Below are positions 1-8,559 of a stretch of 38,276 bases of DNA, piece by piece. Under the pieces are notes generated by a model. It searched no databases, was not told the origin of the DNA, and saw nothing but the letters and a program-made list of their open reading frames with translations. Position 1 is the first letter of the stretch. Every line of letters starts with the position of its first letter. This DNA comes from a virus. Lineage: Duplodnaviria; Caudoviricetes. A program made the translations under genes and the position numbers. The stretch covers positions 1 through 38,276 of the IMG/VR virus record IMGVR_UViG_3300048060_000032. One strand, written 5' to 3'.

Positions 1-168
1 GCCTTACGGCACTGCCAGAACTACCCAATATGAAGCATCTGGACTTACGGGGCTGCACCGGCCTTACGGCACTGCCAGAACTACCCAATGTGGAGTCTCT
101 GGACTTACGGGGCTGCACCGGCCTTACGGCACTGCCAGAACTACCCAATATGGAGTCTCTGGACTTAC
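1..168 (+). repeat. 60-bp tandem repeat (about 2.8 copies) encoding LRR units
   Basis: Lines starting at 1, 61 and 121 are near-identical, differing mainly in the MKH/VES/MES codons. Confidence 0.95.
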
Positions 169-188
169 CAGAACAGTTGAAAGATTAA
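3..188 (+). CDS. Leucine-rich repeat protein, C-terminal part (5' truncated by window edge)
   Basis: Frame 3 reads LTALPELPNMKHLDLRGCTG / LTALPELPNVESLDLRGCTG / LTALPELPNMESLDLPEQLKD*: 20-aa LRRs with LxxLPxLP and LDLxxC; TAA at 186-188. Not in the ORF track. Confidence 0.85.
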   Translation, partial: LTALPELPNMKHLDLRGCTGLTALPELPNVESLDLRGCTGLTALPELPNMESLDLPEQLKD

Positions 189-249
189 TGAGAATAAGTA
201 CGGAGATGAAGCCGCCGCAAAACTTAAGGATAAACGAACAGAGGAAATA

Positions 250-426
250 ATGTCAGCCAAAACAGTTAAAATAATGATTTACTTGCCGAAAGACCTGGAT
301 GTAAAGTTGCGGAGGGAGGTTAACCGAGCATATGAAGATACCGGACAGAAGACCAGCATGTCAGAAATATGCAGGCAGGCCATAGCTGAGTACCTGGACA
401 AGCCGGGGAAAAATAATGGAGGGTAA
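250..426 (+). CDS. Ribbon-helix-helix (CopG/Arc-like) DNA-binding protein, 58 aa
   Basis: MSAKTVKIMIYLPKDLDVKLRREVNRAYEDTGQKTSMSEICRQAIAEYLDK..: alternating beta-strand, helix, SxSEIxRxAI helix; GAGG RBS upstream. Too short for the ORF track. Confidence 0.7.
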   Translation: MSAKTVKIMIYLPKDLDVKLRREVNRAYEDTGQKTSMSEICRQAIAEYLDKPGKNNGG

Positions 427-432
427 CTGGAT

Positions 433-765
433 ATGGACATAGCCAAAATATTAGCAGAGCATGAGCTGTGGATTGATTCAGCAGGCAAGGAAGGTAAACG
501 AGCCAACCTGGGGAAAGCCAACATGAATATAGACGAATGGGATGAAAAGTGTAAAAATGCTAGAAAGCTAAGAGATGAACAATTGCTTAAAGTGCAATGC
601 GTTTTCGAAGCACTAAAAACAGACAGAGAATCCATGGTTGTTGCTAATGCAACTCGAATGCAAAATGGAGAGGCACCAGCATATGGAGAAGTAGCATTTA
701 ATAAACTTGCCAAACAATTTCAATTTCTAGTTGAAAATTATCTAAGTGGAGACTTACTTAAATAA
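433..765 (+). CDS. Hypothetical protein with pentapeptide-repeat-protein-like N-terminus
   Basis: ILAEHELWIDSAGKEGKRANLGKANM resembles the N-cap of pentapeptide repeat proteins, then diverges; GGAGG RBS. Confidence 0.55.
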   Translation: MDIAKILAEHELWIDSAGKEGKRANLGKANMNIDEWDEKCKNARKLRDEQLLKVQCVFEALKTDRESMVVANATRMQNGEAPAYGEVAFNKLAKQFQFLVENYLSGDLLK

Positions 766-1836
766 CTAAACATCCACCAAGTTCACCACCTTCCCCTTAT
801 CCCCCTTGGAAGCTTTTTCAATGGCGTTGAAATAACTGCGTGACTTTTGTGCTGATTCCTGGAGGTGTTCCGGCGACAGGTGAGCATAACGCATCGTTGT
901 TGCAATGTTGCTATGCCCAAGCAGTTTTTGAACTGTAGCAATGTCGACCCCGGCCATTACCATCTGACTCGCATAAGTGTGACGGAGGGTGTGCAGGCTC
1001 CCACTTCCTATGCCAGTTCTTTTTAATATCCCCTTGAAAGACCGTGATAGGCTATGAGCATGACAATAATTAAAAACCAAATTGCCATCCCGCGGGATCC
1101 GTAATAGCAATTCTTTTAATTCTTTGCTCAGGGGTATTACCCTGGCCTCGTAAGTTTTTGGCGTCCAGTCAGGCTTAGGTTGAATGTATAGCCAGTTTTC
1201 TTTTAGGTTTATATCTGTCCATTCCAAGTGCATTAACTCATCCCGGCGCATGCCAGTCATCAATAGGACGCTTATCATTGCACTCAGTGGGCCGGACCTG
1301 TCTTCAATGTTAACCATAATCGCCTTAATTTCGTCTAAACTGAAAAACCTTAACAAGCTCTTGGGCTCTTTAAATCGTTTGACGGGCCTTATAGGATTTG
1401 ATTTTAGATAGCCCAATTCTACCGCCCAGCCGAAAGCCGCCTTTATGGTATTTAATTCCCGATTTACGGTAGACTTGACAACCACTTTTAGCCGGTTTCT
1501 CTTATATGCCTCTACCTCTTTGGCGCCAATTTCAGACAGATTCTTTCCCCTGAATATAGGCTCAAAGTTTTTAATGATTGTCAAGTCTCTTTGGTAGGAT
1601 CGTTTTGCTTTGTTCGATTCTGAATAATCTAGATATTCAATGAAGAACTGTTCGGCTGGTATTTCTTCTACTGTTCCCATCCTTTTGTGGTGGATTTTCT
1701 GCGTTATATCGGCCAGGGCAAGTTCCGCCAATTGCTTTCCTTGTGCATTTTTGCCGAAAAAGCGCCGGGTTTGCTTTCCTTCAACAGAATAATTTAGGTA
1801 CCAAGAACCTCGGTTATCTTGTTTTATAGTAGGCAT
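766..1836 (-). CDS. int: Tyrosine recombinase / phage integrase
   Basis: TGMRRDEL, HTLRHTYAS, LLGHS and TMRY catalytic motifs; SAM-like core-binding region (STVNRELNTIK); N-terminal arm-binding-like strands. Confidence 0.95.
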   Translation of the reverse strand: MPTIKQDNRGSWYLNYSVEGKQTRRFFGKNAQGKQLAELALADITQKIHHKRMGTVEEIPAEQFFIEYLDYSESNKAKRSYQRDLTIIKNFEPIFRGKNLSEIGAKEVEAYKRNRLKVVVKSTVNRELNTIKAAFGWAVELGYLKSNPIRPVKRFKEPKSLLRFFSLDEIKAIMVNIEDRSGPLSAMISVLLMTGMRRDELMHLEWTDINLKENWLYIQPKPDWTPKTYEARVIPLSKELKELLLRIPRDGNLVFNYCHAHSLSRSFKGILKRTGIGSGSLHTLRHTYASQMVMAGVDIATVQKLLGHSNIATTMRYAHLSPEHLQESAQKSRSYFNAIEKASKGDKGKVVNLVDV

Positions 1837-1855
1837 AATTCATCCAATTATTGTA

Positions 1856-1899
1856 TTTCCCCAGGGTGCCGGTTACCGCTTTCCCCCGGGTGCCGGTTA
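1856..1899. repeat. 20-bp direct repeat pair upstream of int
   Basis: TTTCCCCAGGGTGCCGGTTA (1856-1875) and TTTCCCCCGGGTGCCGGTTA (1880-1899), 19/20 identical. Confidence 0.85.
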
Positions 1900-2448
1900 A
1901 TGTATCCCGTCAGCAGATAGCCCCAACAAAGTTGTTTGGGATTTTAAAATTCCCTTAAGCTGATAAGTTTGTCCCACTTGCAGTTTTAGCACATATCGTT
2001 TAGCATCATCTTCGTAAGAAATTAAAATATCAGAAATAAGCGAATTGGACTTAAGGCATTTGCACTGAACATTATAGCCACCTAAAAAGCCAGCACTTAC
2101 TTCAGTGATTACAAGCGGCCATTCAAACATTTTACCCTGGTAATTCTTCCAGTATTCGTCTTTTTGTAAATCAGAATGTTGTGATGTAGAGCCAAAGAAA
2201 CTTGTAAGCTGTTCACAGGTATCTTTAATAAATACATTTTGCATTTCTTGTTTTGTCGGTTGTTCTGAATCTCCATCCGCCAACAATGCGAAAACAAATC
2301 CCAAAGCAATGATTACGGCAAAAGACCAAAGAAACAATTTGCCAATACTTTTTAATGATATACTCGGATACGGAACACCACATTTTGGGCACTTCTCAGC
2401 CTTTGTGCTAATATCTGCACCGCATTCTTTACATTTTTTAATAGCCAT
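1897..2448 (-). CDS. Zinc-ribbon plus single-TM membrane protein with probable OB-fold domain (immunity-region accessory protein)
   Basis: CKECG..CPKCG ribbon, hydrophobic helix LFLWSFAVIIALGFVFALLA; located between repressor and int. Confidence 0.7.
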   Translation of the reverse strand: MAIKKCKECGADISTKAEKCPKCGVPYPSISLKSIGKLFLWSFAVIIALGFVFALLADGDSEQPTKQEMQNVFIKDTCEQLTSFFGSTSQHSDLQKDEYWKNYQGKMFEWPLVITEVSAGFLGGYNVQCKCLKSNSLISDILISYEDDAKRYVLKLQVGQTYQLKGILKSQTTLLGLSADGIH

Positions 2449-2475
2449 ATTAATCCTTTGTTAAAGTATTAGTGT

Positions 2476-2901
2476 TTACGCTGCCTCTTCTTTTGCAAAA
2501 CCCGCAAAGGTGTCCATGGTTTTAACCAATAAAGACATTAGCATCTTTTGTTTTTTTGGGGCCAATTTCGTGACATTACCATATAACTCCCTGAGCCCCA
2601 TTAAAAAGCCCCCTGATTCTTTTTCCATTTCAGCAAACATCTGATATGTCTGGGCATCAATATTGCCCGGTGTTAAGCTCTTTGGTTTCTGTTCAACATC
2701 GGCGAATAGCTGCGAGACCGGATAGTTGATAGCGCCGCATATTTTTTCTATGTGTTCAATATTAAAAATGCTCTTTTTGTTGCCAATAATACTATTTAAA
2801 AATGTTGGACTATAACCCATTTCAACAGATAGTCTAGTTTTTTTAATATTATTTTCTTCAAGTAACTCCTTGATTCTATTTTTAATATTACCCTCTAGCA
2901 T
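2476..2901 (-). CDS. XRE-family HTH repressor (cI-like, no S24 autopeptidase domain)
   Basis: RIKELLEENNIKKTRLSVEMGYSPTFLNSII..IEKICGAINYPVSQLF is an XRE HTH pattern; divergent from a Cro-like gene. Confidence 0.8.
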   Translation of the reverse strand: MLEGNIKNRIKELLEENNIKKTRLSVEMGYSPTFLNSIIGNKKSIFNIEHIEKICGAINYPVSQLFADVEQKPKSLTPGNIDAQTYQMFAEMEKESGGFLMGLRELYGNVTKLAPKKQKMLMSLLVKTMDTFAGFAKEEAA

Positions 2902-2943
2902 TGTTATACACCTTACTATATTTAGTTATTCGCAAACTATTCC

Positions 2944-2972
2944 TTGACAACATAGAGTTATGGCTATATACT
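2944..2972 (+). promoter_or_regulatory. Sigma70 early rightward promoter (PR-like) with internal CATA-N4-TATG palindrome
   Basis: TTGACA (2944-2949), 17 bp spacer, TATACT (2967-2972); CATAGAGTTATG at 2951-2962. Confidence 0.8.
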
Positions 2973-3035
2973 TTATACATGAATTCAGTTAACTAATTTA
3001 ACACAACTTAACCAACTAAACGAGGTTAACACATC

Positions 3036-3308
3036 ATGAACAAAGTAACAACCCCTAAAGAGCAAAAAAAATATAAAAACTATCTGCATGTCTCAAAATA
3101 TGACCTGGACGGCCTACGTCAGGAAATGGCTAATAAGGGATTAACTAATGAGGCAGTGGCCCAACTAGTCGTCAAGCGAATGGGAGAAGGCTGGGTAAGC
3201 AGAAGATACATACAAGGCTTACTATCGGTATCTTCAAATTATAAGTGGCCGAACCCTGAAATAATGGCCGCAATTCAAGCGGTAATTGAGGAGGCCGCCA
3301 ATGAGTAA
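3036..3308 (+). CDS. Cro-like HTH protein
   Basis: First gene after PR, divergent from the repressor; LRQEMANKGLTNEAVAQ..VSRRYIQGLL HTH-like; GAGG RBS. Confidence 0.6.
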   Translation: MNKVTTPKEQKKYKNYLHVSKYDLDGLRQEMANKGLTNEAVAQLVVKRMGEGWVSRRYIQGLLSVSSNYKWPNPEIMAAIQAVIEEAANE

Positions 3309-3615
3309 GCCTAAATTTACACCGGGGCCGTGGGCAATAAGTAAAGCATTAGACAATAAAATTATTCTGGGAGGCGACAAAAAATTCCCGAAAGTTCTTG
3401 CTAAGATTTTTATTCCACACTTTTTTGACAAAACCCTTGAAGCCCAAACATCTGCCATAAAAGCCAGAAATGCCAATGCTCGCCTAATAGCTGCTGCTCC
3501 TGAGATGTATAAAATCATGAAAATAGCCTTGACAGCTCATAGATGTCAGCCTGAGCTAAAGCGTAATTTAAAAAAGATAACCGAGGTCTTATCCAAAATC
3601 GATGGTGAAGCATGA
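3301..3615 (+). CDS. Conserved phage hypothetical protein (TPGPW...ANARLIAAAP family)
   Basis: Both hallmark motifs present; ATG at 3301 follows GAGGAGG. Confidence 0.75.
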   Translation: MSKPKFTPGPWAISKALDNKIILGGDKKFPKVLAKIFIPHFFDKTLEAQTSAIKARNANARLIAAAPEMYKIMKIALTAHRCQPELKRNLKKITEVLSKIDGEA

Positions 3616-3902
3616 GCAATCAAGATAATAAATTTACCGATATCGATAGAGATAAAATAATGCGGCTTGTTCTTGCAATGGATGATCACTGTAAGAAACA
3701 CCAAATGTCTCAAATAGAAAGATTGGTGTTTTCGCAAATGCTCTTCCGTACTGAGATTATCCAAAACATTGAGAATATAACCGGATGTGACTTCATAGAA
3801 CCACCAGAGGAACTTGAAACATTTCTTGCGGATAAAATCAACCAAGTATTCAGTGAGCTATCCGAATACGGGATTAAATATATGCATAAAAACAAGGCGT
3901 AG
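3612..3902 (+). CDS. Hypothetical protein
   Basis: ATGA-coupled ORF in the early operon. Confidence 0.55.
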   Translation: MSNQDNKFTDIDRDKIMRLVLAMDDHCKKHQMSQIERLVFSQMLFRTEIIQNIENITGCDFIEPPEELETFLADKINQVFSELSEYGIKYMHKNKA

Positions 3903-3904
3903 TC

Positions 3905-4150
3905 ATGGCCTGGATAACCCAAAAAAAATTCATGGAGGAAACTGGTCTTTCCTATAAGGAGACTATAAACCGTAGGAAAGCTGGTATTTTGGGCAATGCC
4001 GTAAAAGACGGTCGCCGGTGGATGGTAGACATTAAAGAATATTATGAAAATATTGAAAAACTCAAAGAGAACAGGTCTGTTCGCCTTAAGCCCAAAAAAG
4101 TAGTATCGCTTTTACATTCACACCATTATCAAGGAGCGAGTCATGACTAA
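3905..4150 (+). CDS. Excisionase-like winged-HTH protein
   Basis: WITQKKFMEETGLSYKETINRRKAGILGNAVKDGRRWMVD fits the Xis/AlpA/HTH_17 pattern. Confidence 0.6.
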   Translation: MAWITQKKFMEETGLSYKETINRRKAGILGNAVKDGRRWMVDIKEYYENIEKLKENRSVRLKPKKVVSLLHSHHYQGASHD

Positions 4151-4379
4151 ACCTGCTTGTGCTAACTGCGATATGCAAAAGGAAAGGATTCGGAAAATTG
4201 GTGAGCTTGCAAGTAATTATTGTTTGAGCTGTGAACCTCCTTTCGGTGGAGCTTGTAAATGGTGTGAGATTCGCAAAATACAGGTAATTTGTCGTGTCCA
4301 GACAAACAAGGTATTGGATGGTGACATGCCGGAACCTTTACCAGAGGCCAAGGCCAAGATGACGGAGGGTATATTATGA
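4143..4379 (+). CDS. Cys-rich hypothetical protein
   Basis: Three CxxC motifs; AGGAG RBS. Confidence 0.5.
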   Translation: MTKPACANCDMQKERIRKIGELASNYCLSCEPPFGGACKWCEIRKIQVICRVQTNKVLDGDMPEPLPEAKAKMTEGIL

Positions 4380-4495
4380 AAGCAATTGAAGAACTAAAAA
4401 AAGACATAAATACCGCTGCACAGTTTGTGGAAGTCGTTGAGGTGGTAGCAGTATTAATCATCGTGGTTGTTGCGTATTTAGCACTATCGCTATAA
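4376..4495 (+). CDS. 39-aa single-TM peptide
   Basis: MKAIEELKKDINTAAQFVEVVEVVAVLIIVVVAYLALSL*; ATGA overlap with the upstream stop and GGAGG RBS. Confidence 0.5.
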   Translation: MKAIEELKKDINTAAQFVEVVEVVAVLIIVVVAYLALSL

Positions 4496-4514
4496 ATATC
4501 ACTGCACCATAGAC

Positions 4515-4718
4515 ATGGAGGCGGAGAACATGAAATTCAAAAGAGGCGATATGGTAAGCCTGAAAGACGGTGATTGTGACAAAGGTACCGTAATTCAGGT
4601 CGGCAAAAGCGGACATAGAAGCTCAATTAATGTGGTATGTGTTAAATGGGATTCTGGCAAAACAGAGATCATAAATGAATCAAGGCTTTGCTTTGCGAGC
4701 GTACATAAACGAGGATAG
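4515..4718 (+). CDS. Small SH3/KOW-like protein (YodC/DUF2158-like); start may be 4530
   Basis: KFKRGDMVSLKDG..GTV..VCVKWDSG pattern. Confidence 0.55.
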   Translation: MEAENMKFKRGDMVSLKDGDCDKGTVIQVGKSGHRSSINVVCVKWDSGKTEIINESRLCFASVHKRG

Positions 4719-4781
4719 CAATTAATTTAACCAAAGAACAGCTTATTAACCGATACAACAAATATGTAAAGGAGGAAGAAA

Positions 4782-5534
4782 ATGATTGAACAAAAAACAG
4801 TGGATATACTTGACAAATGTAACATTAAAGAGAATGTTGTGTTCTTGCCTAATGTGCAAATGGATAGAAAAACTTATTTGCAAGTAAATAAATGCTTAGA
4901 GGGTATTGGTGGTAAATGGAATAAAAAAGCAAAAGGACATGTGTTCGACAGCGATCCAATTGAATCCTTTAACCGTATGCTTGCCTCAGGTAAGCATATT
5001 AACCTAAAGAAGGAATTGCAGTTTTTTGAGACACCTGCTGAAATGGCAACTGAAATGATAATAATGGCTGACTTACAAAACGGTGACACCATCCTTGAAC
5101 CATCCGCAGGAAAGGGGGCTATTTTAGATAGCATGTCAAGATACATAAAATCAAATGGATTGCAAGGAGTTAATATAACAGCTGTAGAACAGAACCATCA
5201 AAACAACAACATCCTTTTAGAGAAAGGGTATATTGCCCATACATTAGATTTCTTGGAGTTTACAGGAATGAAGTTTAACAAAATTATAATGAATCCACCA
5301 TTTACAAAACAACAAGATATTGATCATGTTTTGCATGCATATTCACTCTTGTCAAATGACGGAGTATTAGTATCAGTGGTTAGCGAATCACCGTTTTTCA
5401 GGGGAAACAAAAAATCTCTGAACTTTAGGAAATTTATTCTTGACCGTTCTGTTGAAGAACGCAAGAACAAAAAAGGAGCATTTAAAGCTTCTGGAACAAT
5501 GGTTGAAACACGAATTATAAAACTGTGTAAATGA
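4782..5534 (+). CDS. SAM-dependent N6-adenine DNA methyltransferase
   Basis: Motif I ILEPSAGKGAI, motif IV IIMNPPF, upstream QFFETP; AAGGAGG RBS. Confidence 0.85.
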   Translation: MIEQKTVDILDKCNIKENVVFLPNVQMDRKTYLQVNKCLEGIGGKWNKKAKGHVFDSDPIESFNRMLASGKHINLKKELQFFETPAEMATEMIIMADLQNGDTILEPSAGKGAILDSMSRYIKSNGLQGVNITAVEQNHQNNNILLEKGYIAHTLDFLEFTGMKFNKIIMNPPFTKQQDIDHVLHAYSLLSNDGVLVSVVSESPFFRGNKKSLNFRKFILDRSVEERKNKKGAFKASGTMVETRIIKLCK

Positions 5535-5614
5535 GATGGGTAGGAGAAAATAGATACTACAAAGAAACCTAAGCCTACACACGAGGTGTGGGCGGTCAAG
5601 AGGATGGGAAATAA

Positions 5615-6499
5615 GTGTTAACGGAAGAACAGCTTATTATTAGAAAAAACGGCATCGGCGGCAGCGATGCGGCGGCGGCGGTCGGCCTCTCACCATGGAA
5701 AACGGCGCTTGAGCTATACCTTGAGAAAACCGGACAGACTGAACCGCCCGATTTTTCCGACAACCAAAAGATTGAATTCGGCAATAAACTTGAGGCCGTG
5801 ATAGCTGATACATACGCTGAACGGACAGGTTATAAGATTCGTAGAGTCAATCGGACACTGCATCATCCGGAATACGATTGGATGCTATGTCACCTTGACC
5901 GGGAAGTATTGGGGAATGGCAAGCGTGCACTCGAGTGCAAGGCAACATCTTCTTACATGGTCAGGGATTGGGGCGAAGAGGGCACAGACGAAGTGCCGGA
6001 GCAGGTACTGATTCAGTGCCAGCACAACTTAGCAGTATCCGGCAAGGATGTTATGGACGTACCTGTGTTGGTTGGAGGATATGACTTTCGCATTTATAGC
6101 GTGGAGAGAGACGAGGGATTAATAAGCAATCTGATTGATCGAGAGGCCGACTTTTGGGACAGGGTAAAGACTGTCAATCAACCCGATCCGGATTTTAATC
6201 ACAGAACGACTGAGGAGTTGTTCAAGCGCATGTATCCAGGAACTAACGGAGAAACGATAGAGCTACCCGGAGAGGCGCATAATTGGCATATCGCTATGAA
6301 TGAGGCCAAAGAGCAAGTCAAGCTGTATAAGGGCGTAATAGACGGCGCAAAAGCTCACTTGCTGCACCTTATGGGAGAAGCGGCAGTGGGTAGGTTGCCT
6401 GACGGCAATGCTTACACTCGGAAGGAAGTTAACCGAAAGGGATTCTCAGTCGAGCCGTCAAAACACATTGATTTTAGGTTTAAAAAGGGAGGTAAGTGA
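5615..6499 (+). CDS. YqaJ-family viral recombination exonuclease
   Basis: RKNGIGGSDAAA, GNKLE, CHLDR, LECK and QCQHNL motifs. Confidence 0.92.
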   Translation: MLTEEQLIIRKNGIGGSDAAAAVGLSPWKTALELYLEKTGQTEPPDFSDNQKIEFGNKLEAVIADTYAERTGYKIRRVNRTLHHPEYDWMLCHLDREVLGNGKRALECKATSSYMVRDWGEEGTDEVPEQVLIQCQHNLAVSGKDVMDVPVLVGGYDFRIYSVERDEGLISNLIDREADFWDRVKTVNQPDPDFNHRTTEELFKRMYPGTNGETIELPGEAHNWHIAMNEAKEQVKLYKGVIDGAKAHLLHLMGEAAVGRLPDGNAYTRKEVNRKGFSVEPSKHIDFRFKKGGK

Positions 6500-7602
6500 T
6501 TATGAGTAGTGATATTGCACTATCAGGAAAGAACGAGTTAGCGGTTGCCCATTCAGCGGCAACAGCAAAGTCAGAAATTGAGGCTAGCTTTACAATGGCT
6601 ATGCACCGGCCAAGAAATGTTTTAGACGCTAGAGACAAGATGTTGGAATCTAGCCAGAGGAAGGGATTTGCGGAAGCAGCTTTATACAAGAAGCCATTGG
6701 GCGGGAACAAGCATGTTGTTGGTATGTCTATCCGGGCGGCTGAGGAGCTAGCAAGGTTATGGGGTAACATCCGGGTGGTTGTACGCACTAGTCACGATGA
6801 TGACGAGAAAAGAATACTGAGTGTAACCACAATCGACCTTGAAACCAACATGGCTTTTTCCTCTGATGTTACCGTTGAAAAAATACTAGAGAGATCAAGA
6901 GTAAAGGAAGGTCAAATTGAGGTAAAGCCGTCTCGTATGAACACTTCCGGTAAGCCCGTATTTTTTGTAAGACCGACCGAAGACGAAATGACCATAAAAC
7001 AAAATGCTTTAGTTTCTAAGGCGATCAGAAACAATGTCTTGCGCTTAATCCCGGCAGACATAAAAGAAGAGATTACTATGCAAATTCAAAAGACTCTAAA
7101 GGGTCAAGTAAAAGAAAACCTGGCCGAGCAACGCAAGAAAATAGCGGATGCCTTTTCCTCTATAGGCGTAAAGCCATCGGATTTGGAGTCTTATCTAAAG
7201 CACTCTCTTGGTTCTACCTCTCCCCAAGAAATAGTTGATTTAAGGGCAACTTTTCAAGCCATTAAGGACGGAGAAGCCACTTGGGCAAGTGTTATAACTC
7301 CACCGGAAACTGATGGTGGCGATCAGGGGAAAAACAAAAAGCCCCGTACCAAAACTACTGCGGAGAAGCTTGCGGAGAAGAATAAAACCGTCCCTGTCTC
7401 CCCACAGGAACAACCCACTTTACCAACGGATGGAATTGAATCCTTGAAAGTAAAGGTGACTGAGGGTATCGGCATAATTGGCGACCAGTCGTGGGAGTGT
7501 ATCCGTGCAGAGGAAGGTTTCCCGAAGGCCTTAAACAAAATGACAGAAGAGCAGCTTAAGGTTGCTCTTAGAAGAATTGACCAGAAGGCAAGCGAAAAAT
7601 AA
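6496..7602 (+). CDS. Putative ssDNA-annealing/recombination protein
   Basis: Coupled to YqaJ; GMSIRAAEELARLWGNI core; low-complexity C-terminus. Function inferred from synteny. Confidence 0.55.
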   Translation: MIMSSDIALSGKNELAVAHSAATAKSEIEASFTMAMHRPRNVLDARDKMLESSQRKGFAEAALYKKPLGGNKHVVGMSIRAAEELARLWGNIRVVVRTSHDDDEKRILSVTTIDLETNMAFSSDVTVEKILERSRVKEGQIEVKPSRMNTSGKPVFFVRPTEDEMTIKQNALVSKAIRNNVLRLIPADIKEEITMQIQKTLKGQVKENLAEQRKKIADAFSSIGVKPSDLESYLKHSLGSTSPQEIVDLRATFQAIKDGEATWASVITPPETDGGDQGKNKKPRTKTTAEKLAEKNKTVPVSPQEQPTLPTDGIESLKVKVTEGIGIIGDQSWECIRAEEGFPKALNKMTEEQLKVALRRIDQKASEK

Positions 7603-7606
7603 CACC

Positions 7607-7682
7607 TTGCGGCGGCTGGCTGACATCGTAAAGACGTGTAAGCCCTACAACGGCAGCGCAGAGCAGCTGACAGCCGCTGCAA
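7607..7682 (+). ncRNA. Putative structured RNA, three-way junction, copy 1
   Basis: Closing stem TTGCGGCGGCTG/CAGCCGCTGCAA enclosing hairpins ACATCGT-AAAG-ACGTGT and CAGC-N8-GCTG; intergenic. Confidence 0.5.
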
Positions 7683-7705
7683 ACTTTAACCAAGGAACAT
7701 AGCTC

Positions 7706-7912
7706 ATGAAACGCAGAAAAACCGCAGACTTAATCCAGGCAATACGACCCGGATGGAAAGGCTATCAAAATCCTCCATGGAGAGGGAAGATACATCTTTT
7801 TAATGATGAAAAGGTGTCAACTGCTTGCGGACGAACACTAAATACGGCTTTAACTTCATATGGTTATAAAGATGAAATAAACTGTAAACATTGTTTAGGG
7901 AGAATGGCATGA
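7706..7912 (+). CDS. Small putative Zn-binding protein
   Basis: H..TACGR..NCKHC; AAGGA RBS. Confidence 0.5.
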   Translation: MKRRKTADLIQAIRPGWKGYQNPPWRGKIHLFNDEKVSTACGRTLNTALTSYGYKDEINCKHCLGRMA

Positions 7913-8130
7913 AAAAAATGCCTGTTAGGTGGGACAAACTTGGAGATTGGTGGATTTTATCTGCTGTTAAATCAAAGATGTGCTGGATGGCCAACCTAAA
8001 GAAAAACGGTGGACAAGGCAAGGACAGAAACAAATGGGTAGCGACTACTGGAGGGACTGTGGAGCGCAAACTATTCGACACCATAAAAAACGCAAAAGAA
8101 TGGGTAGAGGTTGAATTGGATATACGCTAA
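7891..8130 (+). CDS. Hypothetical protein (start likely 7909)
   Basis: ATGA overlap at 7909; FDTIKNAKEWVE tail common in small phage proteins. Confidence 0.5.
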   Translation: MFRENGMKKMPVRWDKLGDWWILSAVKSKMCWMANLKKNGGQGKDRNKWVATTGGTVERKLFDTIKNAKEWVEVELDIR

Positions 8131-8154
8131 AGATTAAAACATAAATAACAGATT

Positions 8155-8231
8155 CGGCGGCTGGGTTTGCTGTAACCGGATATATACGGCCAGTAATCAA
8201 AGTGCTTTTTAAAAGTCACGTCCAGCCGCCG
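8155..8231 (+). ncRNA. Putative structured RNA, three-way junction, copy 2
   Basis: Perfect stem CGGCGGCTGG/CCAGCCGCCG enclosing TTGCTG..CCG..CGG..CAGTAA and GTGCTTTT..AAAAGTCAC hairpins; intergenic. Confidence 0.5.
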
Positions 8232-8232
8232 C

Positions 8233-8559
8233 GTGAATTTAAGGAGAGGATTAATGAACATAAAAAAACAGTACAGAAAAGAATACGAGCTAGCCAAGAG
8301 AAACCTTGCCAATGAACCAGGAGCGTTGGTGTGGGTTAAGCACGAATACCAATTATTCAAATACAGCGAAAATTGCGTCAGGTTGGTATTTTATCCTCAT
8401 AAAACCAAAGGAACTGGAAATATCCATGTACGTGTTAGAGATGAGCACAGCAAAGACAAGCAAAGAGCAGATTATTTAATGAAGCGATTGGATGACAGCG
8501 CAGGAAATAATTGCACCTTTACCAGGAAACATAAGGTATGGGATGGTAATAAAAACTAA
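8233..8559 (+). CDS. Hypothetical protein (start likely 8254)
   Basis: AAGGAGAGGA precedes the ATG at 8254. Confidence 0.55.
   Translation: MNLRRGLMNIKKQYRKEYELAKRNLANEPGALVWVKHEYQLFKYSENCVRLVFYPHKTKGTGNIHVRVRDEHSKDKQRADYLMKRLDDSAGNNCTFTRKHKVWDGNKN

Noticed and set aside
1-180. CRISPR array
   Set aside because: Contiguous 60-bp in-frame coding repeats with no unique spacers and no cas genes.
4726-4750. Similarity to 5618-5640 (TAACxxAAGAACAGCTTATT)
   Set aside because: Short; explicable as the common LTxEQLI coding motif of a gene remnant.
5573-5593. Hairpin GCCTACAC/GTGTGGGC as a terminator
   Set aside because: No U-tract on either side; mid-operon.
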